From: Acidobacteriota bacterium
GTDB taxonomy: Bacteria; Acidobacteriota; UBA890; WLXD01
Length of the DNA stretch: 64,000 nt
NCBI GenBank assembly: GCA_963666215.2
Contig: CAXWPL010000004.1
Span: forward strand, 384,001-448,000
Direction: 5' to 3'
The notes beneath the pieces are model-generated. The model was given only the letters and a program-made list of their open reading frames with translations. It had not been told where the DNA came from and did not search any database. Made by a program: the position numbers and the translations under genes. Within the stretch, counting starts at the first letter, position 1. Each line of letters opens with the position of its first letter. This document shows positions 39,231 through 49,679 of the stretch, in pieces.

Positions 39231-41290
39231 CGACGTCGCCAGATCGACTCGCGCTGGGCGAACACATCTTTCGTGCGATCTGTGGCCTGTATCCGGCGAC
39301 CTTCCGCGAGCGTTTCGCCGACGACATGTTGGCGACGTTCCGCGAGCAAGCCACCCGTGCCGCCGCGAGCTCGCGAACGGCCGGCATGGCGGGTCGCGCG
39401 CAATTCGCCACGTTCGTAGTGGCGACGTGTTTTCGGGGATGCGTCGCTGCCGTTAGTGAGCACGCCAAGCGCTGGTCGCTGATCGCGTCGCCGGTCGCGG
39501 CCGTCCACGGTCTGCTGGCCGACCTGGGATTCGCTGCGCGCTCGCTGCGCAGCGACCCCGGATTCGTAGCGGTAGCGGTGCTCACGCTGGCGCTCGGTAT
39601 CGGCGCCAACACGACGATCTTCAGCGTGGTGCACGGAGTGCTGCTGAGGCCGCTTCCCTACCGCGACGCCGACACGCTCGTGCTCGTCGGACAAGAACGC
39701 GGAGAAGGCTCGGGCGCGCGAGGCCCTGTGTCGGACATCGAGTATCTCGCCTGGAACGATACCGATGCGTTCGAACAGTTGGCCTCGTACTTCGAACAGT
39801 TGGCCTCGTACATGGTCGACACCGCGCGAGTGAAGGTCGCGCAAGACGGCAGTGGTGTTCAAGTGCTGTCGTCACGCGGCACCTGGAACCTGCTCGAGCT
39901 TCTTGGGGCACCGCCAGTCGAGGGACGACTTCCCGCAGCAAGCGACGTCGCTACCGATGCGAACGCGGTGGTCATAGGGTTCGGGCTTTGGCAACGCCTA
40001 TTCAACGGTGACGTCGCGGCTGTCGGCCGAACGCTCCACGTCGACGGCGACGCACACCGCATCGTCGGTGTCATGGCGGAGGGCTTCGAGTTCCCGCTCG
40101 GCGTCGAGCTCTGGCGTGTACGGCGGCCGCTTGCCTCGGGCCCCGGCGCCGGCTGGAGCGCCAGCGAAGTCGTTGGTCGTTTGCCTGACAACGCCAACGT
40201 CCAGGCACTTCGAAGCCGGCTCGAAGCGATCGACGTGCGCGAAGTCAACGGTCCACGCTCCAAGGTTCTCGTCGAGCCGGTAACCAACGCGTTCGTTGGC
40301 GCAGCCAAGCCGATCCTGGTGTCGCTGGCCGGCGCCGTGAGCTTCGTCCTGCTCATCGCCTGCGCCAACGTCACCAACCTCTTGCTCGCGCGAAACGCCA
40401 GCCGCCGCCGCGAGGTGGCCACACGCGCCGCGCTCGGTGCCGGCCCGTCGGCGCTTATTGCAGCAGCTGTTCGGTGAGACCCTCATCTTGTCGCTGCTTG
40501 GCTGCGCGGCCGGACTCGGCCTCGCCAACGTCGGCGTGAGGCTCTTGCTCGCCTACGAGCCCGGCAGCATCCCGCGAACCGACGGCGTCAACCTGAATGT
40601 CTCGGTGCTACTCGCCACTCTGGCGGTCTCGGTGGCTACCGGGGTTCTCGTAGCAATCCCGGCGGCAGCGAAGGCCTTGTCCACCGACATTGCGGCAACC
40701 CTCAACAGTGGCGGTAACCCCGGCGCGCCATCCGGGGGCGAGAGGCCGCTTGCCCGGGCGCTCCGCAGAATCGGGCTGCCCGTCGCCATCAACGTGGGGC
40801 CGAACGGCCTTCTCGTGGTCGCCGAGATCGCGCTCGCCATGGTGCTGCTCGTGGGCGCCGGGCTGTTGCTGAACAGCTTTCTGCGCCTCGCCTGGCTCGA
40901 CCCGGGCTACGACGCTTCCCGCGTTGTCGCCATCACGCTGAGAGCCGACCCCGACGCCGCGCAGCCGCTGCACGAGGCCGCTCTCGACTAGTTCTGAGCT
41001 ATCGCGTGCGCCTGGCGCGACACGAGATCGGCGTACGCATGGCCCTGGGCGCTGGCCGCCGCCGCATTGTTGGCCACGTTGTGCGGCAAGGCATGACTCT
41101 CTCGGCAATCGGCGTAGCGCTGGGGCTGGGCGCTGCACTCGCGATTTCGCGCCTGCTACGCAGCCGTCTCTATGACATCTCGGCGACGGACCTGTCGACG
41201 TATGTCGCGGTCTCCGTCGTCCTCCTGCCTGGTCGCGTTGATCGCCTGCCACGTGCCGGCGCGCCGAGCCGCCGGTGCAGATCCGCGTGA
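39227..41290 (+). pseudogene. Decayed ADOP permease: 21-bp tandem duplication, frameshift near 40450, stop at 40989-40991 and deletion of most of the second half
   Basis: LYPATFRERFADDM, LALGIGANTTIFS, FEQLASY twice (39770-39811), LIACANVTNLLLAR, then EIGVRMALGA directly after 41000. Confidence 0.85.
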
Positions 41291-41385
41291 CGTGATGTAG
41301 GCGGCCGCGTCGACAGACTGTTCAACCAGGAGCGCGTTCCACCGACGACGCTTTGAAACTCATCCCTCGAGAAAGAAGATTCACG

Positions 41386-42093
41386 ATGCAAACCTCGCGC
41401 AACTCTCATCCACGCGGCGCCTGGGCCGCCAGCCTCGCTCTGCTGACGCTCGTAAGCCTCGTCCCGGCGGACTCGGTGGCTGCTCTTTCCACACAACAGC
41501 CGGAAACGCAGCAAGCTGGCTACGTTCTGGCTTTCGAGAATGGCGTCCTCATCCTGTCGAACCAGCCAGTAGCCGCGCCCGAGGGCCAAACCATCGAGCT
41601 CGAAGGGGGAGGCAGCTGGAGCTTCGACAACGCGGCAGACGCTGAAGCGTTCAAGAAGGCCAAGGCCGGAGCCGCAGAGCACGGCGCAGCTGGCAGCGCC
41701 GAGAACACGTCGACGGACGCGACGAAGAAGGCTGCCGAAGCGCCGAAGGTCGATGCCGGCGAGAAAATGGTCATGGTCAAACCGCGAGACGCGGGCGAAT
41801 CCAACGACGCCGCCGAGGGCGGCCCGAAGAAGTTCGCTTTCTCGACAGATGCCGGAGAGACATTCGTCGGCGATGTTGGCGACGACGGCTCGCTGAAGCC
41901 AACGATGAAGCTCGAAGGCATGGCCGGCGCCACGATCCTCGAGCTGTCGGAGTACGCGGTGTCCGACGCGACGGACGTCGACGGCCAGATCGTGGTCGGC
42001 GTAGCTGTCATCGTGGAGTTCGAGATCGACGGCGATCAACGACGCGCTGTCAGCATCAAGGTAGTGCCGGCGCTCGACTCCGAGACCCGGTAG
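41386..42093 (+). CDS. Hypothetical secreted acidic protein
   Basis: Signal peptide, coding-like composition, no recognisable motif. Confidence 0.6.
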   Translation: MQTSRNSHPRGAWAASLALLTLVSLVPADSVAALSTQQPETQQAGYVLAFENGVLILSNQPVAAPEGQTIELEGGGSWSFDNAADAEAFKKAKAGAAEHGAAGSAENTSTDATKKAAEAPKVDAGEKMVMVKPRDAGESNDAAEGGPKKFAFSTDAGETFVGDVGDDGSLKPTMKLEGMAGATILELSEYAVSDATDVDGQIVVGVAVIVEFEIDGDQRRAVSIKVVPALDSETR

Positions 42094-42157
42094 GGCCGCG
42101 GCAGGCCCCCGGACCGCGGCGGAGGCGGGCGAATAACAGCTGCTCTCGCTTGCGTTT

Positions 42158-42187
42158 TATCGAATTTGGATATATCTAAGTTGGATA
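42158..42187. promoter_or_regulatory. Two tandem TATC-N7-GATA palindromes, probable PadR operator
   Basis: TATCGAATTTGGATA TATCTAAGTTGGATA about 40 bp upstream of the PadR start. Confidence 0.65.
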
Positions 42188-42228
42188 TTAGCAATCGCCC
42201 CACGCGACGCCGAGCACTGGAGAGTTCT

Positions 42229-42576
42229 ATGACCTACGGCAAACCGCTCACCGAGACGCCGCTCAAGCCGGCCGTGTTTCACATCATGCTGGCGCTCAGC
42301 GCGGGCAAGAAGCACGGCTTGGGGATTGCCGACGCCGTGGCCCAAGAGACAGGCCACGAGATCAATCTGGGCCCTGGAACGCTTTACCGCGCGCTGCGCG
42401 ACATGACGGCGGCCTCGCTGGTGACCCCGGCAGCCGACCCCGGCGGCGACGATCCACGCCGCAAGTACTACGAGTTGACCGACGAGGGTTCCAACCTGCT
42501 GAAGGCCGAGGCAACACGGTTGGCCCGCCTCGTAAGCATCGCGCGCGATCGCGACGTGATCGCGGACGAGGTCTGA
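42229..42576 (+). CDS. PadR family transcriptional regulator
   Basis: PLKPAVFHIMLAL..HGLGI..LGPGTLYRAL..RRKYYELTDEG. Confidence 0.92.
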   Translation: MTYGKPLTETPLKPAVFHIMLALSAGKKHGLGIADAVAQETGHEINLGPGTLYRALRDMTAASLVTPAADPGGDDPRRKYYELTDEGSNLLKAEATRLARLVSIARDRDVIADEV

Positions 42577-45317
42577 TGCGTCTCCTGTATCGCGTTTTGC
42601 TGCTGGCGTATCCGCGCCGCTTTCGAGCCGAATACGGCGGCCTGATGTGGGAGATGTTCCGCATCCAATATCACCGCGCCAGCGCGGACCCCGGAGCGCT
42701 CGGCCGATTTCGTTTCTGGCTGTTCGCTATCGACGACTTGGCGCGCAACGCGCTCTCCGAGCGAGCCGGTCGGTGGTCACAAGGCCATCGCCCGCTCATT
42801 GCACCGCTGGCCAAGAGTCAGCGCTCCCGAACCCCACTCCCCTCTCCCTCTCTCTCTATTGGACTCGAAATGATTCAGGACCTGCTGACCGAAGCACGCC
42901 ACGCCGTTCGCCGCCTGGCGCAGTCACCGTCGTTTTCGCTGCTGGCGATTCTCATCACCGCGCTCGGCATCGGAGCCAACTCGGCGATGTTCAGCTTCGT
43001 CAACGCAATCCTGTTACGACCACCGGCATACGAGCGCGCCGATGAGGTAGTGGCGGTGTACCAGGACTCCGACGACGGCGAGCCGAACTCGAGCTCGTTC
43101 CCGGCTTTCCGCGACATCCAGTCGTACGACGAGATCTTCTCGGAGACGATTGCGCTTCTTCCGTTCGGCGCCAGCCTGGTGACCGACGACGGCGTCGAGC
43201 CGCTCGCCACCGAATGGGTGACGGCTGGCTACTTCTCGTTCCTCGGCCTGGCCCCGACAATGGGCCGCGACTTCGGCCCGCAAGACGACGTCGACGGAGG
43301 CGAGCCCGTGGCCGTCCTGAGCTACGCGATGTGGCAGGAGCGCTACGGCAGCGACCCCGACATTCTCGGGGAGCGGCTCAACGTGAACGGAGCCCCCGTC
43401 ACGATCGTTGGCGTTGGGCCGCAGGGCTACGGCGGCATTCTGCCCGGCTTCCAGCTCGACACATGGCTATCGATCTCGGCCATGCGCCCGGCGATGGGCG
43501 CTGGCGCGGCCGCCACCCTGGAACGACGCGCCGATCACTGGTTCCAGCTGCGGGCGCGGCTGGCCGACGGTGTGACGACGGCTCGCGCCCAGTCGGCCAT
43601 GGATCAACTCGCTGAGCGCCTCGCTGCCGACTATCCCGAATACAACGCGGGGCGTGAGATCACGGTGTTCGAGCCCGGCGGGATCCGCATCCATCCCGAC
43701 ATCGACGGTCAGCTCATGCCGCTCTCCGTCGGGCTGATGGTGGTTGTCGCGCTCGTTCTGTTCATTGCGTGCAGCAACCTCGCAAGCCTACTGCTGCTCC
43801 GTGGCTACGGGCGAGCGCAGGACGTGGCGATCCGACTGGCACTGGGTGCCTCGCGGATGCGGGTTGTTTGCCACGTGGTTACCGAAAGCGTGCTTCTTTC
43901 GGTGGCGGGAGGCGCGGTGGGCTTGGCACTCGCGATGTGGGCAACGCGTGCCTTCGCGTCGATCGACCTGTCGCTACCGCTTCCGGGGGCCGTCGATCTG
44001 CGCCTCGACTGGCGTGGCGTGGCGTTCACCATGGCTCTCTCGCTGCTGACCGGCGTGCTGTTCGGGCTTTTACCCGGCCTGCGAATCGCGCGATCCAACG
44101 CCATGGAACGGCTTCGCGACGACGCGGCCAGTATGTCTCTGCGTGGCAATCGATTCAACTTGCGCAACCTTCTGGTTGTGGGTCAGGTGGCGGTGTCGTT
44201 CGTCATCCTGGTGGCGGCGGGACTATTTCTACGGAGCCTGGGCAACGCGCAGCAAGCGCCTCTGGGCTTCGACTCGGGCCGGCTAGCGCTCATTTCGACG
44301 AACGCCGCGTTCTCTGAATACTCCGCCGAGGAAGGAGCCCCGTTGCTCGAGCAACTACGCGACCGTATTGCCGCGTTGCCGGGTGTGGAGGAAGCTGCGC
44401 TCACGGCGCAGCCCCCAGTGCGCGGCACCGGCGGATCCAGCACGCTCGTGGTCGAGGGCTACACGCCGCCCACCGGTACCGATGCGGTGGAGGTGATGCG
44501 TTCGTCAGTAGGACCACGCTACTTCAGCACCATCGGTGCACCGATTCTCCACGGACGTGCGTTCACCGGGGAGGACATCGAAGCGGACGCGCCGGTCGCG
44601 GTCGTGTCGGAGACCTTCGGCCTCACCTTCTTCGGCACCGCCGACGCCGTGGGCCGACGCTTCCGCGGCCAGGGCTCCGACGAGTGGGTCGACATCGTCG
44701 GTGTGGCTGCCGACGTGAAGATCCGCGACATGACGGAGGAGCCCGCGCCACTCTTCTACGGCGCCTTCAGGCCGGGGACGAGCGCCTACGTAATCGCCCG
44801 CACCAACGGCAACCCGCGTAGCTTGCTGCAGCCCATGCGGGCGGCCCTTGATGAGGTTGATCCGCTGTTGTCGGTATCGCGACTGCAGACGTTCGATCAG
44901 CATCTCGACGACCAGCTCGCGTCGTCGCGGCTCGGAGTGGTGCTGCTGTCGGGTTTCGGGCTCCTGGGATTGGGGCTCGCCGGGCTCGGGTTGTTCGCGG
45001 TGGTGGCGTTTACCGTGGAGCGACGCACCACGGAACTGGGTATCCGGATGGCCATCGGCGCCCAGCGGGGCAGTGTCGTGCAGCTCGTGCTGCGCGAGGT
45101 CATGACGATCGTCGGCGTAGCCGTGGCGCTGGGGTTGGCGCTGAGCTTGATCGCAGGACCCGTCGTTGCGGCGAGCCTGTATGGCGTATCGGGCAACGAC
45201 CCGATCACGTTGCTCGGCACGGCAGCGTTGCTGGCGCTGGCCGCAGCGTTGGCGGCATGGTTGCCTGCCCGCCGCGCAGCGAGCGTCGACCCGGTGCTGG
45301 CACTCCGGCACGACTGA
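42576..45317 (+). CDS. ADOP-family duplicated ABC permease, intact, 913 aa
   Basis: LYRVLLLAYPRRFRAEYG, LGIGANSAMFS, IACSNLASLLL, ELGIRMAIGA, PARRAASVDPVLALR. Confidence 0.93.
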   Translation: MRLLYRVLLLAYPRRFRAEYGGLMWEMFRIQYHRASADPGALGRFRFWLFAIDDLARNALSERAGRWSQGHRPLIAPLAKSQRSRTPLPSPSLSIGLEMIQDLLTEARHAVRRLAQSPSFSLLAILITALGIGANSAMFSFVNAILLRPPAYERADEVVAVYQDSDDGEPNSSSFPAFRDIQSYDEIFSETIALLPFGASLVTDDGVEPLATEWVTAGYFSFLGLAPTMGRDFGPQDDVDGGEPVAVLSYAMWQERYGSDPDILGERLNVNGAPVTIVGVGPQGYGGILPGFQLDTWLSISAMRPAMGAGAAATLERRADHWFQLRARLADGVTTARAQSAMDQLAERLAADYPEYNAGREITVFEPGGIRIHPDIDGQLMPLSVGLMVVVALVLFIACSNLASLLLLRGYGRAQDVAIRLALGASRMRVVCHVVTESVLLSVAGGAVGLALAMWATRAFASIDLSLPLPGAVDLRLDWRGVAFTMALSLLTGVLFGLLPGLRIARSNAMERLRDDAASMSLRGNRFNLRNLLVVGQVAVSFVILVAAGLFLRSLGNAQQAPLGFDSGRLALISTNAAFSEYSAEEGAPLLEQLRDRIAALPGVEEAALTAQPPVRGTGGSSTLVVEGYTPPTGTDAVEVMRSSVGPRYFSTIGAPILHGRAFTGEDIEADAPVAVVSETFGLTFFGTADAVGRRFRGQGSDEWVDIVGVAADVKIRDMTEEPAPLFYGAFRPGTSAYVIARTNGNPRSLLQPMRAALDEVDPLLSVSRLQTFDQHLDDQLASSRLGVVLLSGFGLLGLGLAGLGLFAVVAFTVERRTTELGIRMAIGAQRGSVVQLVLREVMTIVGVAVALGLALSLIAGPVVAASLYGVSGNDPITLLGTAALLALAAALAAWLPARRAASVDPVLALRHD

Positions 45318-45489
45318 GCTCGAACAAACGGAGGGCGATCGGAGAAGAATCAGCGTGGCGGGCACGCGGGCAAAACGCCGGCCGTCATGGCGGCCCAACT
45401 CTGCAGACGTGTCGATGCGAAGGGTCGCAGTAGAGTCGGGGCGACCGCAATCGATACCGTGCGCCGGAGGCCCTCGCGACAGGCTCTAG

Positions 45490-45748
45490 AAACCTCGCCG
45501 TTCTCCTCGCCGCATCCGCGATCATGGCCACCGCTCGAGTGGCCGCCCAGGAACAAGAGCCCAATCTCGCACCCGCGGTGGCGGCCAGTGCGGCCGATCA
45601 GGCGTTGCGCGGCGCCGAGCGGCTACGCGTGTACATCCAAAGCGGCATCACCTCGATACGCGACACCGGCTCACACGGCGACGTGCCGTTCCGTCTGAAG
45701 GAATGGGTGGCGCAGCACCGCATTCCCGGCCCGCGCGTGCCCTCGTAG
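45490..45748 (+). pseudogene. Amidohydrolase remnant (signal peptide joined to an internal fragment)
   Basis: LRGAERLRVYIQSGITSIRDTGS..IPGPRV, then a stop. Confidence 0.6.
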
Positions 45749-45968
45749 CTCATTCCTCGTACTGCCGACTGACCGACTTTTGGACGATCTTTTCGCAGGC
45801 CGGGTACAAGCCGAAGGACCTCGGCGTCATCGACTGACCTGGCAGCTTCGGCTAGCCCGACCTCCAACGGCCCGTCACGCGTCCACCGCAGCTCCGCCGC
45901 GGCCTGTTAGACTCGCCGCCGGTAGCCCATCAGGGCGACCCAGAGGCGCAAGCCAGGATGAGGCTCGC

Positions 45969-47132
45969 ATGATCGTCAGCGTACCGACGGAGGACTATCC
46001 AGGGGAACAACGGGTCGCGCTCATTCCGTCGGAGGCGGGTACGCTGCGCTCGGCCGGCTTCGAGGTGCACCTCCAGGCCGGCGCCGGAGCTGCGGCCGGC
46101 TTCAGCGACACCGATTACAAGACCAAGGGAGCGGTGATCGTCGTCGACCTGCCGGCGTTGCTGGCTGAGGCCGAGCTCCTCCTGTCGGTACGAGGGCCTC
46201 GCGACGCCGGGGCCCTGCGCTCGGGGCAGGTGCTTGTCGGCCTACTGGACCCGCTGGGACAGCCTGGGCGAGTGCGCTCGTTCGCCGACGCCGGGGTCAC
46301 CGCGTTCGCCCTCGAGCTCTTGCCCCGCATCAGCCGCGCGCAATCGATGGACGTGCTCAGCTCGATGGCCACAATCGCGGGCTACAAGGCCGTGCTGCTG
46401 GCGGCGGGAACGCTCGGGAAGCTCTACCCGATGATGATCACGGCGGCGGGCACCATTACCCCGGCGCGCACTCTCGTCGTGGGCGCCGGCGTAGCCGGGC
46501 TGCAGGCAATCGCGACCTCCCGGCGGCTCGGCTCGGTGGTTCGCGCCTACGACATTCGTCCCGACGTCAAGGAACAGGTCGAAAGCCTAGGCGCGACGTT
46601 CCTCGAGGTCGGACTCGAGGACGAAGGTGGCGAGGATGCCGGCGGCTACGCCCGCGCCATGGACGATGAGTTCTATCGCCGGCAGCGCGAGGCCATGACC
46701 GAAGCCGTGCGCGACAGCGATGTCGTCATCACGACAGCCGCGGTCCCCGGCAAGCCATCACCGGTTCTGGTCACGGCGGCCATGGTCGAGGCGATGCGCT
46801 CCGGCTCTGTAATCGTCGATCTGGCCGCCGCAGGTGGAGGCAACTGCGAGCTCACCGCACCCGGCGCTACGACCGAGCATCACGGTGTAACCATCCTCGC
46901 GCCCCTGAACCTGCCGTCGACGGTTCCGTACCACGCCTCTCAGATGTTCTCGCGCAACGCCGCCACCTTCTTGAAGAACCTCGTGGTTGATGGCCAGCTA
47001 CGGCCGGTCGACGAGGACGAGATCGTGCGCGAAACGCTCGTGGCACGTGACGGCGATGTGGCCAGCGCGCGCGTTCGCGAGCTACTCGATAGCCCCGCCG
47101 CTACCGCCAGTGGCGAAAGGAGCAGAGCCTGA
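45969..47132 (+). CDS. pntA: NAD(P) transhydrogenase subunit alpha part 1
   Basis: EQRVAL, PRISRAQSMDVLSSM, GAGVAGLQAIAT, VDLAAAGGGNC. Confidence 0.95.
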   Translation: MIVSVPTEDYPGEQRVALIPSEAGTLRSAGFEVHLQAGAGAAAGFSDTDYKTKGAVIVVDLPALLAEAELLLSVRGPRDAGALRSGQVLVGLLDPLGQPGRVRSFADAGVTAFALELLPRISRAQSMDVLSSMATIAGYKAVLLAAGTLGKLYPMMITAAGTITPARTLVVGAGVAGLQAIATSRRLGSVVRAYDIRPDVKEQVESLGATFLEVGLEDEGGEDAGGYARAMDDEFYRRQREAMTEAVRDSDVVITTAAVPGKPSPVLVTAAMVEAMRSGSVIVDLAAAGGGNCELTAPGATTEHHGVTILAPLNLPSTVPYHASQMFSRNAATFLKNLVVDGQLRPVDEDEIVRETLVARDGDVASARVRELLDSPAATASGERSRA

Positions 47133-47413
47133 TGGAGGTGTTCGTCGCGGCGCTGAGTATCTTCGTGCTGGCGCTGTTCGTTGGCGTCGAGATCATCAAC
47201 AAGGTTCCGCCGCTGCTCCACACGCCGCTGATGTCGGGCGCCAACGCGATCTCCGGCATCACGCTGGTGGGAACGCTGGTCACGTCGGGCGCGCAGCTCA
47301 CGACCTTCACGACGATCCTGGGCTTCGTCGCCGTCGCGCTGGCCACGGCCAACGTGGTCGGTGGCTTCCTGGTGACCCACCGGATGCTCGCGATGTTCCG
47401 AAAGGAAAGGTAG
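47132..47413 (+). CDS. NAD(P) transhydrogenase subunit alpha part 2
   Basis: KVPPLLHTPLMSGANAISG, NVVGGFLVTHRMLAMF. Confidence 0.95.
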   Translation: MEVFVAALSIFVLALFVGVEIINKVPPLLHTPLMSGANAISGITLVGTLVTSGAQLTTFTTILGFVAVALATANVVGGFLVTHRMLAMFRKER

Positions 47414-47420
47414 CGCCCCG

Positions 47421-48818
47421 TTGTCGAAGGCACTCATCGATCTCTTCTACCTGTTGGCGGCCGTCCTCTTCATCTTCGGCCTGAAGGGGCTCACTCACCC
47501 CAAGACCGCGGTGCGCGGCAACCTGCTGGGCTCGCTGGCGATGCTGATCGCCGTTGTGGTAACTCTGCTCGATCGGCGCATCGTCAGCTTCGAGATCATC
47601 GTGGCGGGCATGGTTGTCGGGGCGCTCGTCGGCGGGATCATGGCCTACAGGGTCGCCATGACGGACATGCCCCAGATCGTCGCGATCTTCAACGGCTTTG
47701 GCGGCGGTGCTTCGGCGCTGGCGGTAGGTGCGGCGCTCGAAGAGGCCCTCAAGGGAGGCTTCGTCGAGGAGATCTCGCTCCAGTTCACGACCGCGGCCGC
47801 GGGGTCGGCGCTGATCGGAGGCGTGGCCTTCACCGGCAGCGTGATCGCCTTCCTCAAGCTCCAACGGCTGATCACCGACAAGCCGGTTCTCCTGCCCGGT
47901 CGGCATGCGATGAACGCCCTGCTAGCGGCCATCTGCCTGGCGCTCGGCATCTGGCTGGTGCTGCAGCCCGACTCGTCGCTGCCTTTCTGGACGCTGATGG
48001 GATTCGCCTGCCTGCTTGGCGTCACGCTGGTCCTTCCGATCGGCGGCGCCGACATGCCCGTCGTGATCGCGTTGCTGAACTCCTACTCGGGCATCGCGGC
48101 AGCAGGTCACGGCTGGGTGCTGAACAACACCGTCCTGATCATCGCTGGCTCGCTGGTCGGTGCGGCAGGCTTCATTCTGACGGCGCTCATGTCGAAGGCG
48201 ATGAACCGCTCGCTGCCGAACATCATCTTCGCAGGCGTCGGCGCCGAGGTGGCGAGCGTCGAGGAGTCTGCCGACGTGTACGTGGGCGTCAAGGCCGCAT
48301 CCGCCGAGGAGGTGGCGATGCTCCTAGAGGCGGCGCGCAACGTTGTCGTGGTGCCCGGCTACGGAATGGCGGTGGCGCAGGCGCAGTACGCCGTCCAAGA
48401 CTTGACCGACGAGCTCGAATCGCGCGGCGTACAGGTGACGTTCGGCGTCCATCCAGTGGCCGGTCGAATGCCCGGACACATGAACGTGCTGCTCGCCGAG
48501 GCCAACGTCCCCTACGACAAGCTCAAGGACATGGACGAGGTCAACCCCACATTTCGCGAGGCGGACGTTGTGCTCGTGATCGGGGCCAACGACGTCGTCA
48601 ACCCGATGGCGCGCCAGAAGGACCCGTCGATCCCGATCGCCGGGATGCCGATTCTCGACGTCGACCAGGCGCGCGCCGTGGTGATCATCAAGCGCAGCCT
48701 CAGCGCGGGCTTCGCCGGCATCGCCAATCCACTATTTGCCGCCGACAACGCGCTCATGCTCTTCGCGGACGCCAAACAGGCCGCCGTGGACCTTTTGGCC
48801 GCGCTGAAGGAGACCTAG
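47421..48818 (+). CDS. pntB: NAD(P) transhydrogenase subunit beta
   Basis: IGGADMPVVIALLNSYSG, PGYGMAVAQAQ, HPVAGRMPGHMNVLLAEA, GANDVVNP. Confidence 0.96.
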   Translation: MSKALIDLFYLLAAVLFIFGLKGLTHPKTAVRGNLLGSLAMLIAVVVTLLDRRIVSFEIIVAGMVVGALVGGIMAYRVAMTDMPQIVAIFNGFGGGASALAVGAALEEALKGGFVEEISLQFTTAAAGSALIGGVAFTGSVIAFLKLQRLITDKPVLLPGRHAMNALLAAICLALGIWLVLQPDSSLPFWTLMGFACLLGVTLVLPIGGADMPVVIALLNSYSGIAAAGHGWVLNNTVLIIAGSLVGAAGFILTALMSKAMNRSLPNIIFAGVGAEVASVEESADVYVGVKAASAEEVAMLLEAARNVVVVPGYGMAVAQAQYAVQDLTDELESRGVQVTFGVHPVAGRMPGHMNVLLAEANVPYDKLKDMDEVNPTFREADVVLVIGANDVVNPMARQKDPSIPIAGMPILDVDQARAVVIIKRSLSAGFAGIANPLFAADNALMLFADAKQAAVDLLAALKET

Positions 48819-48992
48819 GCAGACAGATCCCCGCCCCTGGGCGGGCCAAACCGCCGCCGCTGTTTCTCAGTTGCCGCATCGGGCACGAGAAGCTGCGGCA
48901 CGGCTTGCGGGGAACGAGGCGGCGAAAACCCTACCAACTGTGCGATTCACTGACGCTGACATATAGGCTCTTGAGCTTATATGCTATGACAT

Positions 48993-49235
48993 ATGGCAAG
49001 AACGAGTCTGCGCCTCCGAGATGAGCTGCTCGAGCGTGCCAAGCGACAGGCCGCCGCCGATGGGCGCACGCTCACATCGCTGGTCGAGGAGGGACTGACC
49101 CTCGTACTGGCCGAGAGCGCTCGCGTCGCGCGGACTCCGGTGCGCCTTCCAATCTCGAAGGCGACGGGCGGAACGGTGCCGGGAGTCGACCTGAACGACT
49201 CACGCTCGCTCGAGGAGCGGATGGACGAGTCGTGA
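48993..49235 (+). CDS. RHH antitoxin (VapB-like)
   Basis: RTSLRLRDELLERAKRQAA; CATAT-type repeats upstream (48960-48995). Confidence 0.85.
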   Translation: MARTSLRLRDELLERAKRQAAADGRTLTSLVEEGLTLVLAESARVARTPVRLPISKATGGTVPGVDLNDSRSLEERMDES

Positions 49236-49660
49236 TCCTGGCAGACGTCAATGTGCTGGTCCACGCCTTCCGATCGGACTCGAGCGATCACCAGCTCAGC
49301 CGCGAGTGGCTCGAGAGTGTGCTCGAAGGGAGGGCGCGCTATGGCATGTCGCCGCAGGTGCTGAGCGGGGTGATGCGCGTTGTCACCCATCCCAAGGTGT
49401 TTCGCGAGCCCAGTGATGTGCTCGAGACCAGTGAGTACTGCGAGATCCTTCTGTCACAGCCCCACTGCGTCGTGATCCAACCCGGCGGACTTCACTGGTC
49501 GATCTTCGTCGACCTCTGTCGGGACGCCAACGCTCGCGGCAACCTGGTGCCGGACGCATGGTTCGCGGCGCTCGCCATCGAGTCGGGCTCGCGCTGGATC
49601 ACCCTCGACCGAGACTACGCGCGCTTCCCAGGTCTTGACTGGGAGATCCTCGGCGCCTGA
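49232..49660 (+). CDS. VapC PIN-domain toxin
   Basis: ILADVNVLVHA, NLVPDAWFAALAIE, ITLDRDYARF. Confidence 0.92.
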   Translation: MILADVNVLVHAFRSDSSDHQLSREWLESVLEGRARYGMSPQVLSGVMRVVTHPKVFREPSDVLETSEYCEILLSQPHCVVIQPGGLHWSIFVDLCRDANARGNLVPDAWFAALAIESGSRWITLDRDYARFPGLDWEILGA

Positions 49661-49679
49661 ATGGCCGTGTCACTAGCAG

